Below are positions 52,838 through 61,826 of a DNA stretch of 64,000 bases, piece after piece. Under the pieces are notes generated by a model, which searched no databases, was not told the origin of the DNA, and saw only the letters and a list, made by a program, of their open reading frames with translations. The DNA is from Verrucomicrobiota bacterium (GTDB lineage: Bacteria > Verrucomicrobiota > Verrucomicrobiia > Limisphaerales > UBA11358). The position numbers and the translations under genes are program-made. The stretch is taken from NCBI GenBank assembly GCA_049523455.1, contig JBEKMW010000006.1, positions 5,731-69,730 on the forward strand. The letters run 5' to 3'. The first letter of the stretch is position 1. Each line of letters opens with the position of its first letter.

Positions 52838-54460
52838 ATGGTTCGAAAACCGACAAAGACCTTGGCCGACCATATGGTGATTGGCATCAGTCCGGTCTTG
52901 ATCATGTTGCTGGTGGGGAGCCTGAGTTTTTTTCTCATTGAGGCTCTTTATCGGGGCGCGGCGGTGGGCAGTGTCCGGTGGGTGCTGTTCTGGTTTGTCC
53001 TGGCGGTGGTGCTGGTGTCGCGCATTGGTATCGAGCAAGGCACTACCTACGCGGCGATTTATGGCTTGGCCTTGGCCGTCGCCACGTGGCTGTATCTGGT
53101 GTCCGTTCACCCGGCCGCGTTGGTGGGTGCCGTTTTGCTGGGAATTGTCTGGTGGAGCGCCCACAAGGTTACCTGGGATTGCACCTTGATTGACGACGCG
53201 GAGGATGCTTCCGGCAGCGGGCTGCTGCAAACCGCGGGCGAAATACGAAAGTTCGATTCCCTCTCTTCACCAAAGGAGGAGAAGGCAGGGATGAGGAAGC
53301 TGTTGCATCACCCCACCCCGGTCCCTCATGCGCCCGGCCTGTGGGTGGTCTATTTTTCCCTGGTGGCATTGCCGTTATTTGGAATCGGACAGATGCTGTT
53401 ACCAAGTGGTGACACCGTCTCGCGGCGAGCCGGTTTCGTTTTTCTGTTCGTCTATCTGGCCGCCGCAGTGGGGCTGCTGCTGACCACGAGTTTTTTGGGT
53501 TTGCGACGCTACCTGCGTCAACGCTATTTGCCGATGCCCGGTGTCATTGCCTTCGGCTGGCTCAAATTCGGTGCCGGGGTCGCCGTCGTCGTGTTTCTCG
53601 CCTCGCTGCTGTTGCCGCGTCCGGGTGTGAACGACGCCTGGGCGACACTGCACTATCAGATTGATTACCGGCTGCGCCAGGCCAGTGACTACGCCATGCG
53701 CTTGGGACCCCACGGATCCGGCCAGGGGCGCGCAGGCCATGAACCGCAGCATGCGGACGGCTCGACGGGTCCCGCCGCTGCGCCTTCAGAAAATGAAAAG
53801 CCCGCCGCCGGTAGCGAACAACCACCCAGCCAGTCGCAGGCGAACGGGAGCCAGCCGGCGCAACCGCAGACTGCTCCGCCGGAAGTTCTCCCTCCCGGCG
53901 CCGGCCCCATGGGCGACCAATTATATGTGTGGTTTCGGAATTTGCTGATTTTGGCGGGCATCATCCTGGCCGGTGTGTGGCTGTTTAAGCGGCGTCATCT
54001 GCTGCTGGAAATGGCGCGGTCGCTCATCGCGGCGCTGACGCAATTCTTTCGGGACCTGTTCGATTTGGGCCTGCGATTGAAGAAGACCGCCGCGAAGAAA
54101 GAGCCGTCCAGCCCGGCCCCGCATCCTTTTGCCGCGTACACCAGCCCTTTCCTGACCGGCAAAGACAAATCGTGGACGGTCGAAGAGGTGGTCCTCTACA
54201 GTTACGAAGCGTTGCAAGCCTGGGCCGTGGAACAAGGAATCCAATCCCAACCCGAGCAGACCGCCCGGGAATTCTGTCTGCGGCTGGGCCAAGCCTTTCC
54301 CGACGCGGCCACCGAGTTGGACCGCCTGGCGTTCCTGTATGGCCATGCGGCTTACGGCTTTGCCGTACCCGCCGGTTGCGACTTGGAGCCGGTCAGAAAA
54401 CTCTGGCACTACCTATCCGCGACGGCGACCGGTGACAACGCCGCGTTTTCGTCAGGCTGA
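52838..54460 (+). CDS. polytopic membrane protein with a C-terminal DUF4129-like domain
   Basis: The ATG at 52838 lies 2 nt after the DUF58 stop. It has 6-8 helices and a Pro/Gln/Ser-rich linker. The C-terminus EALQAWAVEQGIQSQPEQTAREFCLRLGQAFPDAATELDRLAFLYGHAAYG is DUF4129-like. No transglutaminase Cys-His-Asp core was seen. Confidence 0.6.
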   Translation: MVRKPTKTLADHMVIGISPVLIMLLVGSLSFFLIEALYRGAAVGSVRWVLFWFVLAVVLVSRIGIEQGTTYAAIYGLALAVATWLYLVSVHPAALVGAVLLGIVWWSAHKVTWDCTLIDDAEDASGSGLLQTAGEIRKFDSLSSPKEEKAGMRKLLHHPTPVPHAPGLWVVYFSLVALPLFGIGQMLLPSGDTVSRRAGFVFLFVYLAAAVGLLLTTSFLGLRRYLRQRYLPMPGVIAFGWLKFGAGVAVVVFLASLLLPRPGVNDAWATLHYQIDYRLRQASDYAMRLGPHGSGQGRAGHEPQHADGSTGPAAAPSENEKPAAGSEQPPSQSQANGSQPAQPQTAPPEVLPPGAGPMGDQLYVWFRNLLILAGIILAGVWLFKRRHLLLEMARSLIAALTQFFRDLFDLGLRLKKTAAKKEPSSPAPHPFAAYTSPFLTGKDKSWTVEEVVLYSYEALQAWAVEQGIQSQPEQTAREFCLRLGQAFPDAATELDRLAFLYGHAAYGFAVPAGCDLEPVRKLWHYLSATATGDNAAFSSG

Positions 54461-54478
54461 CGAAACCGTTGCGCCGGA

Positions 54479-54805
54479 TCACCTCAAGGTCAAATGAACC
54501 ACTTGGACCAGCGGCAAATAGGCGGCTATCATTGTTGGTAGTGACAACAGGACCAATACGCTCATGGTGGTCGCAAAGAAGACCACCCACGATGGTGATC
54601 GCTCTGTCTTAAGAAACAAAATCGCGAGACAATATGCCGCCGCCAAAACCGGCAGGACAATCATCACTGGCCGGAGTGCGATGCACAACAGAGTGAAACC
54701 CGGCATTGGATGGCCGGTGGGCGGCACCAGCTTGAGGATGACCCAGAGAAACCAACAGGCGATGCTGAAGACCGCCAGGATCAATAAGTGCGCTAACTTT
54801 TTCAT
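54479..54805 (-). CDS. small membrane protein (3 helices), unknown function
   Basis: 108 aa and strongly hydrophobic (MKKLAHLLILAVFSIACWFLWVIL...). GC content is lower than in the surroundings. Confidence 0.45.
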   Translation of the reverse strand: MKKLAHLLILAVFSIACWFLWVILKLVPPTGHPMPGFTLLCIALRPVMIVLPVLAAAYCLAILFLKTERSPSWVVFFATTMSVLVLLSLPTMIAAYLPLVQVVHLTLR

Positions 54806-54885
54806 GGTTTTCCTTTTTGTTCGTGGTTTGATTTGCCGATAATCTCCGCAGCTCTCGGGTCAGAATATCTTCCGAACAGCGGAAA

Positions 54886-55308
54886 TCAACAATGGAATCT
54901 CATAAAATCGTCGAACTCGCTGTAAAAGACGAGGGACGCCAGAATTATGGCGATGCCGGCGGCGAACAGGACGGCGCCAAAAATCGCACAGGATAGCAAC
55001 GTGAGAACCAGCGTTCGTGCCGGACCGGTGGTTTGCGGATGCCAGGAACTGCGATACAAAATGGCAAAGGTCAATAAAATCGGAACGAGCGCCTCAAGCA
55101 TCAACCCAGCCCACCAGATATGGAGCGGCGCCACGGCATATCTGGACACGCAACAACTGGACACCCAGGCAATGAAGCACGCAACTGAGGATGCTAAGAT
55201 GGGCGAATGAACCTCGAACGGTCGGTCGCCGCGAATCGTCTCCCCTAACCGGCTTGCGAGCGCCGCCAATTGCCGAGCAATGCGCCTCATACACTCAATA
55301 GACACCAA
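54886..55308 (-). CDS. membrane protein, unknown function
   Basis: 140 aa with 3-4 helices and no recognisable motif. The start is uncertain. Confidence 0.35.
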   Translation of the reverse strand: MVSIECMRRIARQLAALASRLGETIRGDRPFEVHSPILASSVACFIAWVSSCCVSRYAVAPLHIWWAGLMLEALVPILLTFAILYRSSWHPQTTGPARTLVLTLLSCAIFGAVLFAAGIAIILASLVFYSEFDDFMRFHC

Positions 55309-55373
55309 CCGCTCCCCTAATTGTATATCGCAACCGAAGAATTTTCAATGATTTTTCCAAGCGGTAGACAGGT

Positions 55374-55754
55374 TCAATGCAACATCCGTCTTTGAGCACG
55401 GGTTAACGTGCCCATCCACATGCGCGGTGTTTGTATCGCAATGCCGAAGGGTTTCTCCAATACGGTCAAGTCCCGGTCGCGTGCGATGACCGTGCGTGCT
55501 CCCGCTGCCAAGGCGGCCTCAATGAATTTGTCATCCTTGGGATCGCGGCAAAATGTTTGTTCCAAGGTTATCGGCGTCACCCACAAGGCAGACGTTTTCA
55601 GCGTATCCAGCCAAATCTGAGTGTCCGTCGTGAAACGCTGTTCCTCCTTCACCCGTTTGAGCACCGCCTTGTATTCGGAAAAGATCGCTTCGCTGATGAC
55701 CGGCAGCACGAGGCCCTGGAGCCAGGCTCTCACCGTAAATCCGGGTGGCGTCAA
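55374..55754 (-). pseudogene. PIN-domain toxin remnant (TIGR00305-like), N-terminally truncated
   Basis: CRDPKDDKFIEAALAAGARTVIARDRDL is the C-terminal PIN pattern. The N-terminal DTNV strand is absent, there is only a TTG start, and the frame continues directly from the stop codon of the upstream gene at 55779. No antitoxin is present. Confidence 0.5.
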
Positions 55755-55778
55755 GGAATTTGCGACATGGTTCCGCGT

Positions 55779-56924
55779 TCAGCGCCGCTCACCGCGCGAC
55801 ACTTGGAGCGAGAGATACCATGGAACGGCGGTCAGCCCGCTCCAGCTATCCGGCTTGAGCGAGTCCTCAAAATGCTTTTGGATTTCCACGTTGTAAGGCG
55901 CCAGCGCCGGCCAGTCGCGCTTCTCGGCCAGCGCGGTGGCGATGAGCCGGTCCACGTCTGGTTTGGTGAAAACGACGTGGTGCTCGTAGGCGTCCACGAT
56001 GGCGAACGTGTCAATTTCGTAATAGCCGCCATTGGGATGGACGCCTATCCAATGCTTTGGCGCGCCGTTGGTCAGGTAATCCCATTGCCCCGCCGGTTGC
56101 CAGTAGTTCCAGATGCGGTATGTGCCGTTGGTTTGAATCGTCATCCGCAATTTCATGAGGGTGAACCATTTGGCCGCGCGTTCCTTGTAAAAGGATTTGC
56201 CTGTGGCGTCGGACATGGCGAGCAGCCAGCGGGCAACCAGATTGGCCTTGTTGTCCGGATGCGAAAAACTGATGCCCGGGTCCTTGCGATGGTTGTAACC
56301 CTCGGTCCAATGGCCCGCTTCGATGCCGTAAGGTTCAACGATGGAGATCATTCCGCCGCCGGCAGTCTCGCGCCAGACACCGCGGCGGTCCCATTTCTCG
56401 TACGTTTGCTCCGCGAGCTTGAGATAACTTTTGGCCTTGTCGCCGTATTTGGGCCGGAGCGCAGGCGTGCGTAGGATTTCGCGCGACATCAGGACGACCG
56501 GCCGCAACGCCACCGCCTCGCCCAACAAGCTGTCGGCGTTGTAACTGTTCAGCTCGTCCACCTCGGTGCCGGCGGCATTCGTCTTGGGCCAGCCGATAAA
56601 ACCATCGGGCTCCTTGACGCCGCGCTTGACCCACGAATCCGTCCAGTCAACGAGCTGATCTACCCATTGGGGATCCTTGGTGGCCAGATAGCCGTGATAA
56701 TAACCGTCCAAATAGGGGCCCACCAGCCAGGCCAGTTCCTCTCCGTTTTCCTTGTCGCAATACCGATTGCGGGAATCAACAGTGACGTATCCCTGCCACC
56801 GGGTCAACCAGTCCTGGAACTTTGCGTCGTCCATTCGGATCAGGGTGGAATCCTGTGCCGTGGTTCGCACCGCGAGGGCGGCGAGGAACATCAAGCTGGC
56901 GATCAAAACGCGTAATGGTTTCAT
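55779..56924 (-). CDS. secreted protein of unknown function (possibly an alpha/alpha-toroid glycan-active enzyme)
   Basis: 381 aa. The signal peptide is MKPLRVLIASLMFLAALAVRTTAQ. It is rich in Trp and Tyr, and I recognised no catalytic motif. Confidence 0.55.
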   Translation of the reverse strand: MKPLRVLIASLMFLAALAVRTTAQDSTLIRMDDAKFQDWLTRWQGYVTVDSRNRYCDKENGEELAWLVGPYLDGYYHGYLATKDPQWVDQLVDWTDSWVKRGVKEPDGFIGWPKTNAAGTEVDELNSYNADSLLGEAVALRPVVLMSREILRTPALRPKYGDKAKSYLKLAEQTYEKWDRRGVWRETAGGGMISIVEPYGIEAGHWTEGYNHRKDPGISFSHPDNKANLVARWLLAMSDATGKSFYKERAAKWFTLMKLRMTIQTNGTYRIWNYWQPAGQWDYLTNGAPKHWIGVHPNGGYYEIDTFAIVDAYEHHVVFTKPDVDRLIATALAEKRDWPALAPYNVEIQKHFEDSLKPDSWSGLTAVPWYLSLQVSRGERR

Positions 56925-57090
56925 GAATGGTGAGGGTTCAAGGGGCGTGATCCGGTTCTTGTCTTCTCCCTCTCCTCGCTAAACGAGGAGAGGGTAGGGG
57001 TGAGGAGCTCGTTTCGAAATCTCCCACCCCATCCCTCCCCGCTCAGCCGGGGCGAGGGAGTCAAGAACGAGGTCAAGATGCGCCCAGGGT

Positions 57091-57624
57091 TCAAAATTGG
57101 TCTTCCTTTTCCTTGAACAGAATGTTGAACGTGGTCAGGGAGCCGTAGCTGCGCGTGATGTATTGCTGCATCTCCACTTTTTCGGCGTCGCTGAGCTTTT
57201 CGTGGGCGTTGATCTTCTGTTCCAGCACCCGCAGATTGTTGCGAACCATCACGATTTTGTGAAAGAACACCTCCAGCGGCACCTCCTTGCCCTGGAGCGC
57301 CGGGTCGGACGGATGCATCACCAGCCGGCCACCGTGCCAGCGGACACCGAGCTTTTCCACCACCGCGTCGGGTTTTTCCAGGCCGAGCCTGGCGAGCGCC
57401 GCGTCCAATGTTTGGGCGATGAACTGTTTGAGCGGCACATTGAGACTGCCTACCGCCGCCTGCGGTTCGGCTGGTTCGAGACCGGCGGCTTCCGGCGCGA
57501 CGGTCCGTCTATTGCCGTCGTCAAACTGAACCTCCGCGGTGGCTTCGCCAATCGTCTTGACCGTGCCCGTGCCGTGCTGCGGATGACGCACCTTCATGCC
57601 CACGTGGAGCGATTCGATTTTCAT
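57091..57624 (-). CDS. hypothetical protein with an N-terminal SH3/Tudor-like GxxVxHxxxGxGxV motif
   Basis: The ATG at 57624 gives [37 protein letters not shown]. The longer ORF (to 57741) would read through a repeat element. Confidence 0.55.
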   Translation of the reverse strand: MKIESLHVGMKVRHPQHGTGTVKTIGEATAEVQFDDGNRRTVAPEAAGLEPAEPQAAVGSLNVPLKQFIAQTLDAALARLGLEKPDAVVEKLGVRWHGGRLVMHPSDPALQGKEVPLEVFFHKIVMVRNNLRVLEQKINAHEKLSDAEKVEMQQYITRSYGSLTTFNILFKEKEDQF

Positions 57625-57975
57625 AGGAGGATTGTAATCGCGGATGGACACGGATGGACACAGATTTTTGAACGCAAGGACGCAGCGTGGCGAAGCAGCA
57701 ACCAACGGAGCGCGGGTTGCCTCAACCCGCAGCACTTGCAAACGCGGTCAGTCGTGTTATTACGTCAAATGTGCCGTCGGTCGTGCTGCGGCTTGAGACA
57801 ATCCGCGTTCCCGGAGCGCGAGTTGCGTGCCGCGCCATAGCCTCTGGGCGACGGCTGGTCTCAACTCGCAGCATGCCCGAATGCTGTCACCCCGTGGATT
57901 TGCTGGCGGTTGGCGCTCCGCAAGCGTGGAACAAGTGGGTCTCCCGATTCCAACACCGGTTTGGCTGCCGACGCG

Positions 57976-58000
57976 CTGCGGATTGGGACAATCCGCGCTC
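57976..58000 (+). repeat. dispersed palindromic repeat (5' half) forming the stem-loop immediately upstream of the intron insertion site
   Basis: In CTGCGGATTGGGACAATCCGCGCTC, GCGGATTG (57978-57985) pairs with CAATCCGC (57989-57996). A degenerate copy lies at 57786-57810 and a related uninterrupted copy at 14607-14668. Confidence 0.65.
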
Positions 58001-58537
58001 GTGTGCTTGGCAGGTCTGATGAACTATCGGGATGAAAGGAGCCCGACAGGAGCGATGACGCAAACTGTAGCGGAAGGTTAGGCCGAAGCCGTAAGGCGCA
58101 GGCTGAAAGAACCGGAAGCGAACTCTTGGCCGTAGGAACACGAACGGGTAGTGAGGCCGGATGCAGGCGGCAAGCTGACTAGCGACAGCGAAGCCCAAAA
58201 GGTCATCAAGCTGCATCAGGTAGAACCCGACGGCGTGAGAGGACAGTCATCAGACTGACCCAAGGAGACCCTTGGACTGAGAAGGCCAAGGGAGTCAGCA
58301 GAGGCCATAGTAGCGAAAGAAGCTTCGCGAAAGCGGAGCCGAGCCAAGGGCCGAAGAACGAAGGAACAAAGCTAGACAGTAATCTGGCAGGCGAGGGAAG
58401 GGTCCGAAACGGCGGGCGGCGACAACTGCGGTCACCCAGCCCGGACCGGCCAACTGACGGAGAAGCGGTGAAGCCGCGGCGAACGTCAGGAGCGGAGCAC
58501 CGACGGAAGCCGGCTGCGAAAACTGCGAAAGAAAGCG

Positions 58538-59788
58538 ATGTACGAGAACCTGATGGAACAAGTGGTCAGCCGCGAAAACGCCACCGCCGCCTGGCTGGCG
58601 GTCAAACGCAACAGAGGGGCGGCAGGCATAGACCGGATGACCACCGGAGAACTGCGCGAGCATATTCGAGCGCATTGGGAAAACATCCAAGCCAAGCTGC
58701 TGGCCGGGACGTATGTGCCCAGCCCGGTGCGGCGAGTGGAGATACCCAAACCCAACGGAGGGGCACGGATGCTGGGCATTCCGACGGTGCAGGATCGGTG
58801 GATACAGCAAATGCTCTTGCAGGCGCTGCAACCCATATTCGACCCGGCCTTCAGCGAGCACAGCTACGGATTCCGACCGGGCAGGGGGGCGCAGGACGCG
58901 GTACGCGCGGCACAGAACCACATCAAGGAAGGCAAAGACTGGGTGGTGGACATGGACATCACCAAGTTCTTTGACCGGGTGAACCACGACATCCTAATGA
59001 ACCGCATCGGCCAAACGATACGGGACAAGAGAGTGTTGAGGCTCATCGGCAACTACCTGCGAGCCGGAGCGATGATTGAAGGAGTAGTAGTGGCCAGCGA
59101 AGAAGGCACTCCACAAGGAGGGCCGCTCTCGCCGTTGCTGGCCAACCTCTATCTGGATGCGCTGGACAGGGAACTGGAAGGGCGCGGACTGGCATTCAGC
59201 CGCTACGCCGACGACTGCAACATCTATGTGGGCAGCCGCCGTGCCGCGGAACGGGTGCTGGAGAACATCACACAATGGATCAAAGGAGAACTGCGATTGG
59301 AAGTCAACGCGAACAAGAGTGGAGTGGGGCGGCCTTGGGAACGGAAATTCCTTGGGTTTCGCATCAACCGGGAAGGCCGGATTGAGGCAGCCCCGCAAAG
59401 TGTGGAGCGAATGAAAGACAAAGTGAGGGAAATGTGGCGAAGCTGCCAGAGTCTGAACAGTGCGCAACTGCGCGACCGCTGGCGCGCCTATATCCGAGGC
59501 TGGTGGGCCTATTACGGTCTGGCCGAGGAATGCCGCAACCTCTTCGACATCGAGTCATGGATTCGACGCCACATCCGCTGTTGCTTCTGGCAACGATGGC
59601 ACAGCAGTCGCGGACGACTGCGCCACCTGCGTCAGTTGGGCATTCGGCGCCGACTGTTACAAGCGGCTCGCAGCTCCAAAGGGGCATGGGCAATGGCGAG
59701 GAATGGAGTGATGCACAAAGCACTGAACAACCAAACGCTCAAACGGTACGGGTTCGTGATGCCATCAGACCTTGCGGTCGCAGTATGA
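58538..59788 (+). CDS. group II intron reverse transcriptase/maturase (no endonuclease domain)
   Basis: 416 aa. RT motifs 0-7 include RRVEIPKPNGGARMLGIPTVQDRWIQ, GFRPGRGAQDAV, DMDITKFFD, PQGGPLSPLLANLYL and FSRYADDCNIYV. Maturase domain X follows (WRAYIRGWWAYYG). Confidence 0.93.
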   Translation: MYENLMEQVVSRENATAAWLAVKRNRGAAGIDRMTTGELREHIRAHWENIQAKLLAGTYVPSPVRRVEIPKPNGGARMLGIPTVQDRWIQQMLLQALQPIFDPAFSEHSYGFRPGRGAQDAVRAAQNHIKEGKDWVVDMDITKFFDRVNHDILMNRIGQTIRDKRVLRLIGNYLRAGAMIEGVVVASEEGTPQGGPLSPLLANLYLDALDRELEGRGLAFSRYADDCNIYVGSRRAAERVLENITQWIKGELRLEVNANKSGVGRPWERKFLGFRINREGRIEAAPQSVERMKDKVREMWRSCQSLNSAQLRDRWRAYIRGWWAYYGLAEECRNLFDIESWIRRHIRCCFWQRWHSSRGRLRHLRQLGIRRRLLQAARSSKGAWAMARNGVMHKALNNQTLKRYGFVMPSDLAVAV

Positions 59789-59801
59789 CCGCTGCGTTCA
59801 A

Positions 59802-59833
59802 CCGCCGTATGCGGAAAACCACACGTACGGTGG
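59802..59833 (+). ncRNA. group II intron domain V
   Basis: CCGCCGTATGCGG-AAAA-CCACACGTACGGTGG matches the canonical DV (GAGCCGUAU...ACGUACGGUUC). CGC replaces AGC, as in IIC introns. Confidence 0.8.
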
Positions 59834-59984
59834 TGTGGGAGGGTGCCGGGGCCCAATCCTCGTCACCCGACCCAATCACCGCAAATTAGGTCACTACCGA
59901 ACGTCTGCCACTGCCCGGATTTCGGTGGGGCGCGTCACTCCGTGCGCGCCGTTGCCCCGTCTTGGCGGCCGGCAGGTCCCGCGC

Positions 59985-60653
59985 CTACGGAATCACCAGA
60001 CGAAATGTTGAAACGCTGGTGCCGTTCGTCGCATTGACGGCCGCTGCATCTAAGCCCGCAGTCGTCATTTGCTGTACTGAACCATCCGCCATGCTGATGT
60101 TGCTGACGCGTCCGTGAATTTCATCCGTCCATCCCAGCGAATTGGTGCTGGAAACGGTCACAATGCCCGGCTTGACCGGAACGCCATCGAGCGTCAGATT
60201 CCGGTCGCCATCCATAATCATGTTCGGAAAATTCTCGGAGGCGTCCGGGTTGAGGAAGTAGCTGATGTTCGCGTCGCCAAATCCGGTGGCAAAACTCGTT
60301 GCTTGAACGCGCTTGATATCCGCCGGGCAATGGAGAACCTTCGGCGTACCCAGTTCATTGGACATGGTCTGCCACAAGAGATAGGCGTTACCGTTCCCAA
60401 CTAGTCTCATTGTCTCGTTGTTGGTCAGGATCATCGTCATTGGATATTTGTCACCGTTATCTCCCTCCCAAACCCTAAAGGCCGTGGTGATTTCATGAAG
60501 GTTGTTGACGCAATTGATTCTGGCGTTTTTTCGCTTTGCCGCAGAAAGTGCGGGCAAAAGCATCGCAGCTAGAACGGCCATTGCTACCAGTACGACCAAT
60601 AATTCAAGACTATTGAAGGCTTGGATGCGGCCTTTGTTCGATCGGGTTTTCAT
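59985..60653 (-). CDS. prepilin-type N-terminal cleavage/methylation domain protein with an H-X9-DG motif (type II secretion pseudopilin-like)
   Basis: QAFNSLELLVVLVAMAVLAAMLLPAL is the class III signal-like N-terminus, and IHGRVSNISMADGS is the H-X9-DG motif. It ends in RLVIP. Confidence 0.85.
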   Translation of the reverse strand: MKTRSNKGRIQAFNSLELLVVLVAMAVLAAMLLPALSAAKRKNARINCVNNLHEITTAFRVWEGDNGDKYPMTMILTNNETMRLVGNGNAYLLWQTMSNELGTPKVLHCPADIKRVQATSFATGFGDANISYFLNPDASENFPNMIMDGDRNLTLDGVPVKPGIVTVSSTNSLGWTDEIHGRVSNISMADGSVQQMTTAGLDAAAVNATNGTSVSTFRLVIP

Positions 60654-60671
60654 AAGGCGGGTTTAAACATA

Positions 60672-60687
60672 AGCATGGCCAATGCCA
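60672..60687 (-). promoter_or_regulatory. sigma54-like -24/-12 element upstream of the pseudopilin-like gene
   Basis: The minus strand reads TGGCAT-TGGCC-ATGCT, with GG and GC spaced exactly as in the TGGCAC-N5-TTGCW consensus. It is conserved upstream of the paralog at 61578-61593 and lies only about 19 nt from the ATG. Confidence 0.4.
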
Positions 60688-60869
60688 AGCGGTTTTGTGC
60701 GGGATTTTGCGCTGGGGCGTGGCGGGCGCGCAACATTTTCACGCAAAACCGCGTGAAAATTTTCCGCCCGGCGACGTAGCGGCGTCTTGGCAGAGCGCCG
60801 CCAATTCTGAAGATGGAAGAGTGCTGCTTTCTGCCGAAAGCCGCTACGATTGGTTGGCAAGTCCCGCGA

Positions 60870-61559
60870 CTATGGAATCACCAGACGAAGCGTGTTGGTG
60901 GCTCCATTGCCCGCATCAAGGATGGCCGAATTCACACCGCCCGACGCATATGCGTTCACTGAACCATCGGCCGTGCCGATGTTTCCCACGCCGTCGTGCC
61001 GCTCTTTCGTCCACGCGAGAGAACCGCTCGTAGGCCGATTCAGAATTCCCGGTTTAACGCGAATCCCATTCACAGCCAGATCGTCGTCTCCATCGAGAAT
61101 TTGATCCGGCCGGCTAAGCGAATGATCCCCCTGGACCGGTTGATTCATAGAATGGTCCCAAACATCCATATTGAAGAAATAGCTGATGTTCGCGTCACTG
61201 AAACCGGTGATAAAATCCGTGGCTGCCGTGCGCCCGGTGTCAGCCGGACAGTAAAGAAATTTGGGCGCGCTGAGTCCATTGGACAGTGCCTGCCACCAAA
61301 CATAGGCCTTCCCGCTGCCGAGCAACTTCAGCGTCTCACTGTTGGTCAGCGCAGATTCTGTTGAGTCTCCGATATATGCGCTCAGGGCAACACCAATCTG
61401 ATGAAGATTATTGGCGCAGACGCTGATTTGTTCTCTGTGCTTCGCTCGAACGAACGCGCCAGGCAACACGATTGCCACCAATGATGCGATCGCAATGATA
61501 ACTGCCAGTTCAGTGCGGGTGAATGCTTGCAAACAACCTGAGGCTGATTGGGTTTTCAT
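60870..61559 (-). CDS. prepilin-type N-terminal cleavage/methylation domain protein with an H-X9-DG motif (paralog)
   Basis: QAFTRTELAVIIAIASLVAIVLPGAF and RHDGVGNIGTADGS are present, and it ends in RLVIP. It is colinear with the gene at 59985-60653. Confidence 0.85.
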   Translation of the reverse strand: MKTQSASGCLQAFTRTELAVIIAIASLVAIVLPGAFVRAKHREQISVCANNLHQIGVALSAYIGDSTESALTNSETLKLLGSGKAYVWWQALSNGLSAPKFLYCPADTGRTAATDFITGFSDANISYFFNMDVWDHSMNQPVQGDHSLSRPDQILDGDDDLAVNGIRVKPGILNRPTSGSLAWTKERHDGVGNIGTADGSVNAYASGGVNSAILDAGNGATNTLRLVIP

Positions 61560-61577
61560 AAGCCTGATTTAAATACA

Positions 61578-61593
61578 AGCATCGCCAATGCCA
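61578..61593 (-). promoter_or_regulatory. sigma54-like -24/-12 element (second copy)
   Basis: The minus strand reads TGGCAT-TGGCG-ATGCT. It lies within a roughly 45-nt leader conserved with 60654-60700. Confidence 0.4.
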
Positions 61594-61826
61594 AGCGGAA
61601 TTATGCGCCACGCGGGCGCACACCATGTGGGCCTACGCGCACTTTGGACTGCGTCGGCAAAGCGCAGCGGCGACGGCGTTTTCGGAGGCCACGACACCCG
61701 CATCTGCCTCGCGCGGTTTCCCAAAAGCGGTGTCGCGCTTCGCTTGCCACCGCAGTCCATGACGCTTTGGGTTATCGTTCCGCCAACGATTCCATTTACC
61801 CATTACAAACGTCGAAGAACCTGAAA

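Larger units (their letters stand above)
58001..59876 (+). mobile_element. group II intron, class C (IIC), apparently complete (about 1.88 kb)
   Basis: The 5' end GTGTGCTTGGCAGG matches the GUGYG consensus. The RT/maturase ORF sits in domain IV. Domain V is at 59802-59833 with a CGC triad. A putative domain VI has a bulged A at 59870. The 3' boundary was placed by aligning the flanks with the uninterrupted repeat at 14607-14668. Confidence 0.88.

Noticed and set aside
50116-53230. Long minus-strand ORFs 50116..51531, 51393..52421 and 52244..53230
   Set aside because: They are antisense to the tightly coupled MoxR-DUF58-DUF4129 genes. They have shadow-ORF composition and no motifs.
58295-58987. 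230-aa minus-strand ORF and other ORFs overlapping the intron (58468..58974, 58994..59467, 59364..59723)
   Set aside because: They lie antisense to, or out of frame with, the intron RNA domains and the RT gene. Group II introns encode a single IEP.
58538-59788. The possibility that the reverse transcriptase belongs to a retron, DGR or Abi-type defence system
   Set aside because: It has maturase domain X and is embedded in a recognisable group II ribozyme (GTGTG 5' end, domain V, domain VI). I saw no template/variable repeat pair and no msr/msd-like inverted repeats.
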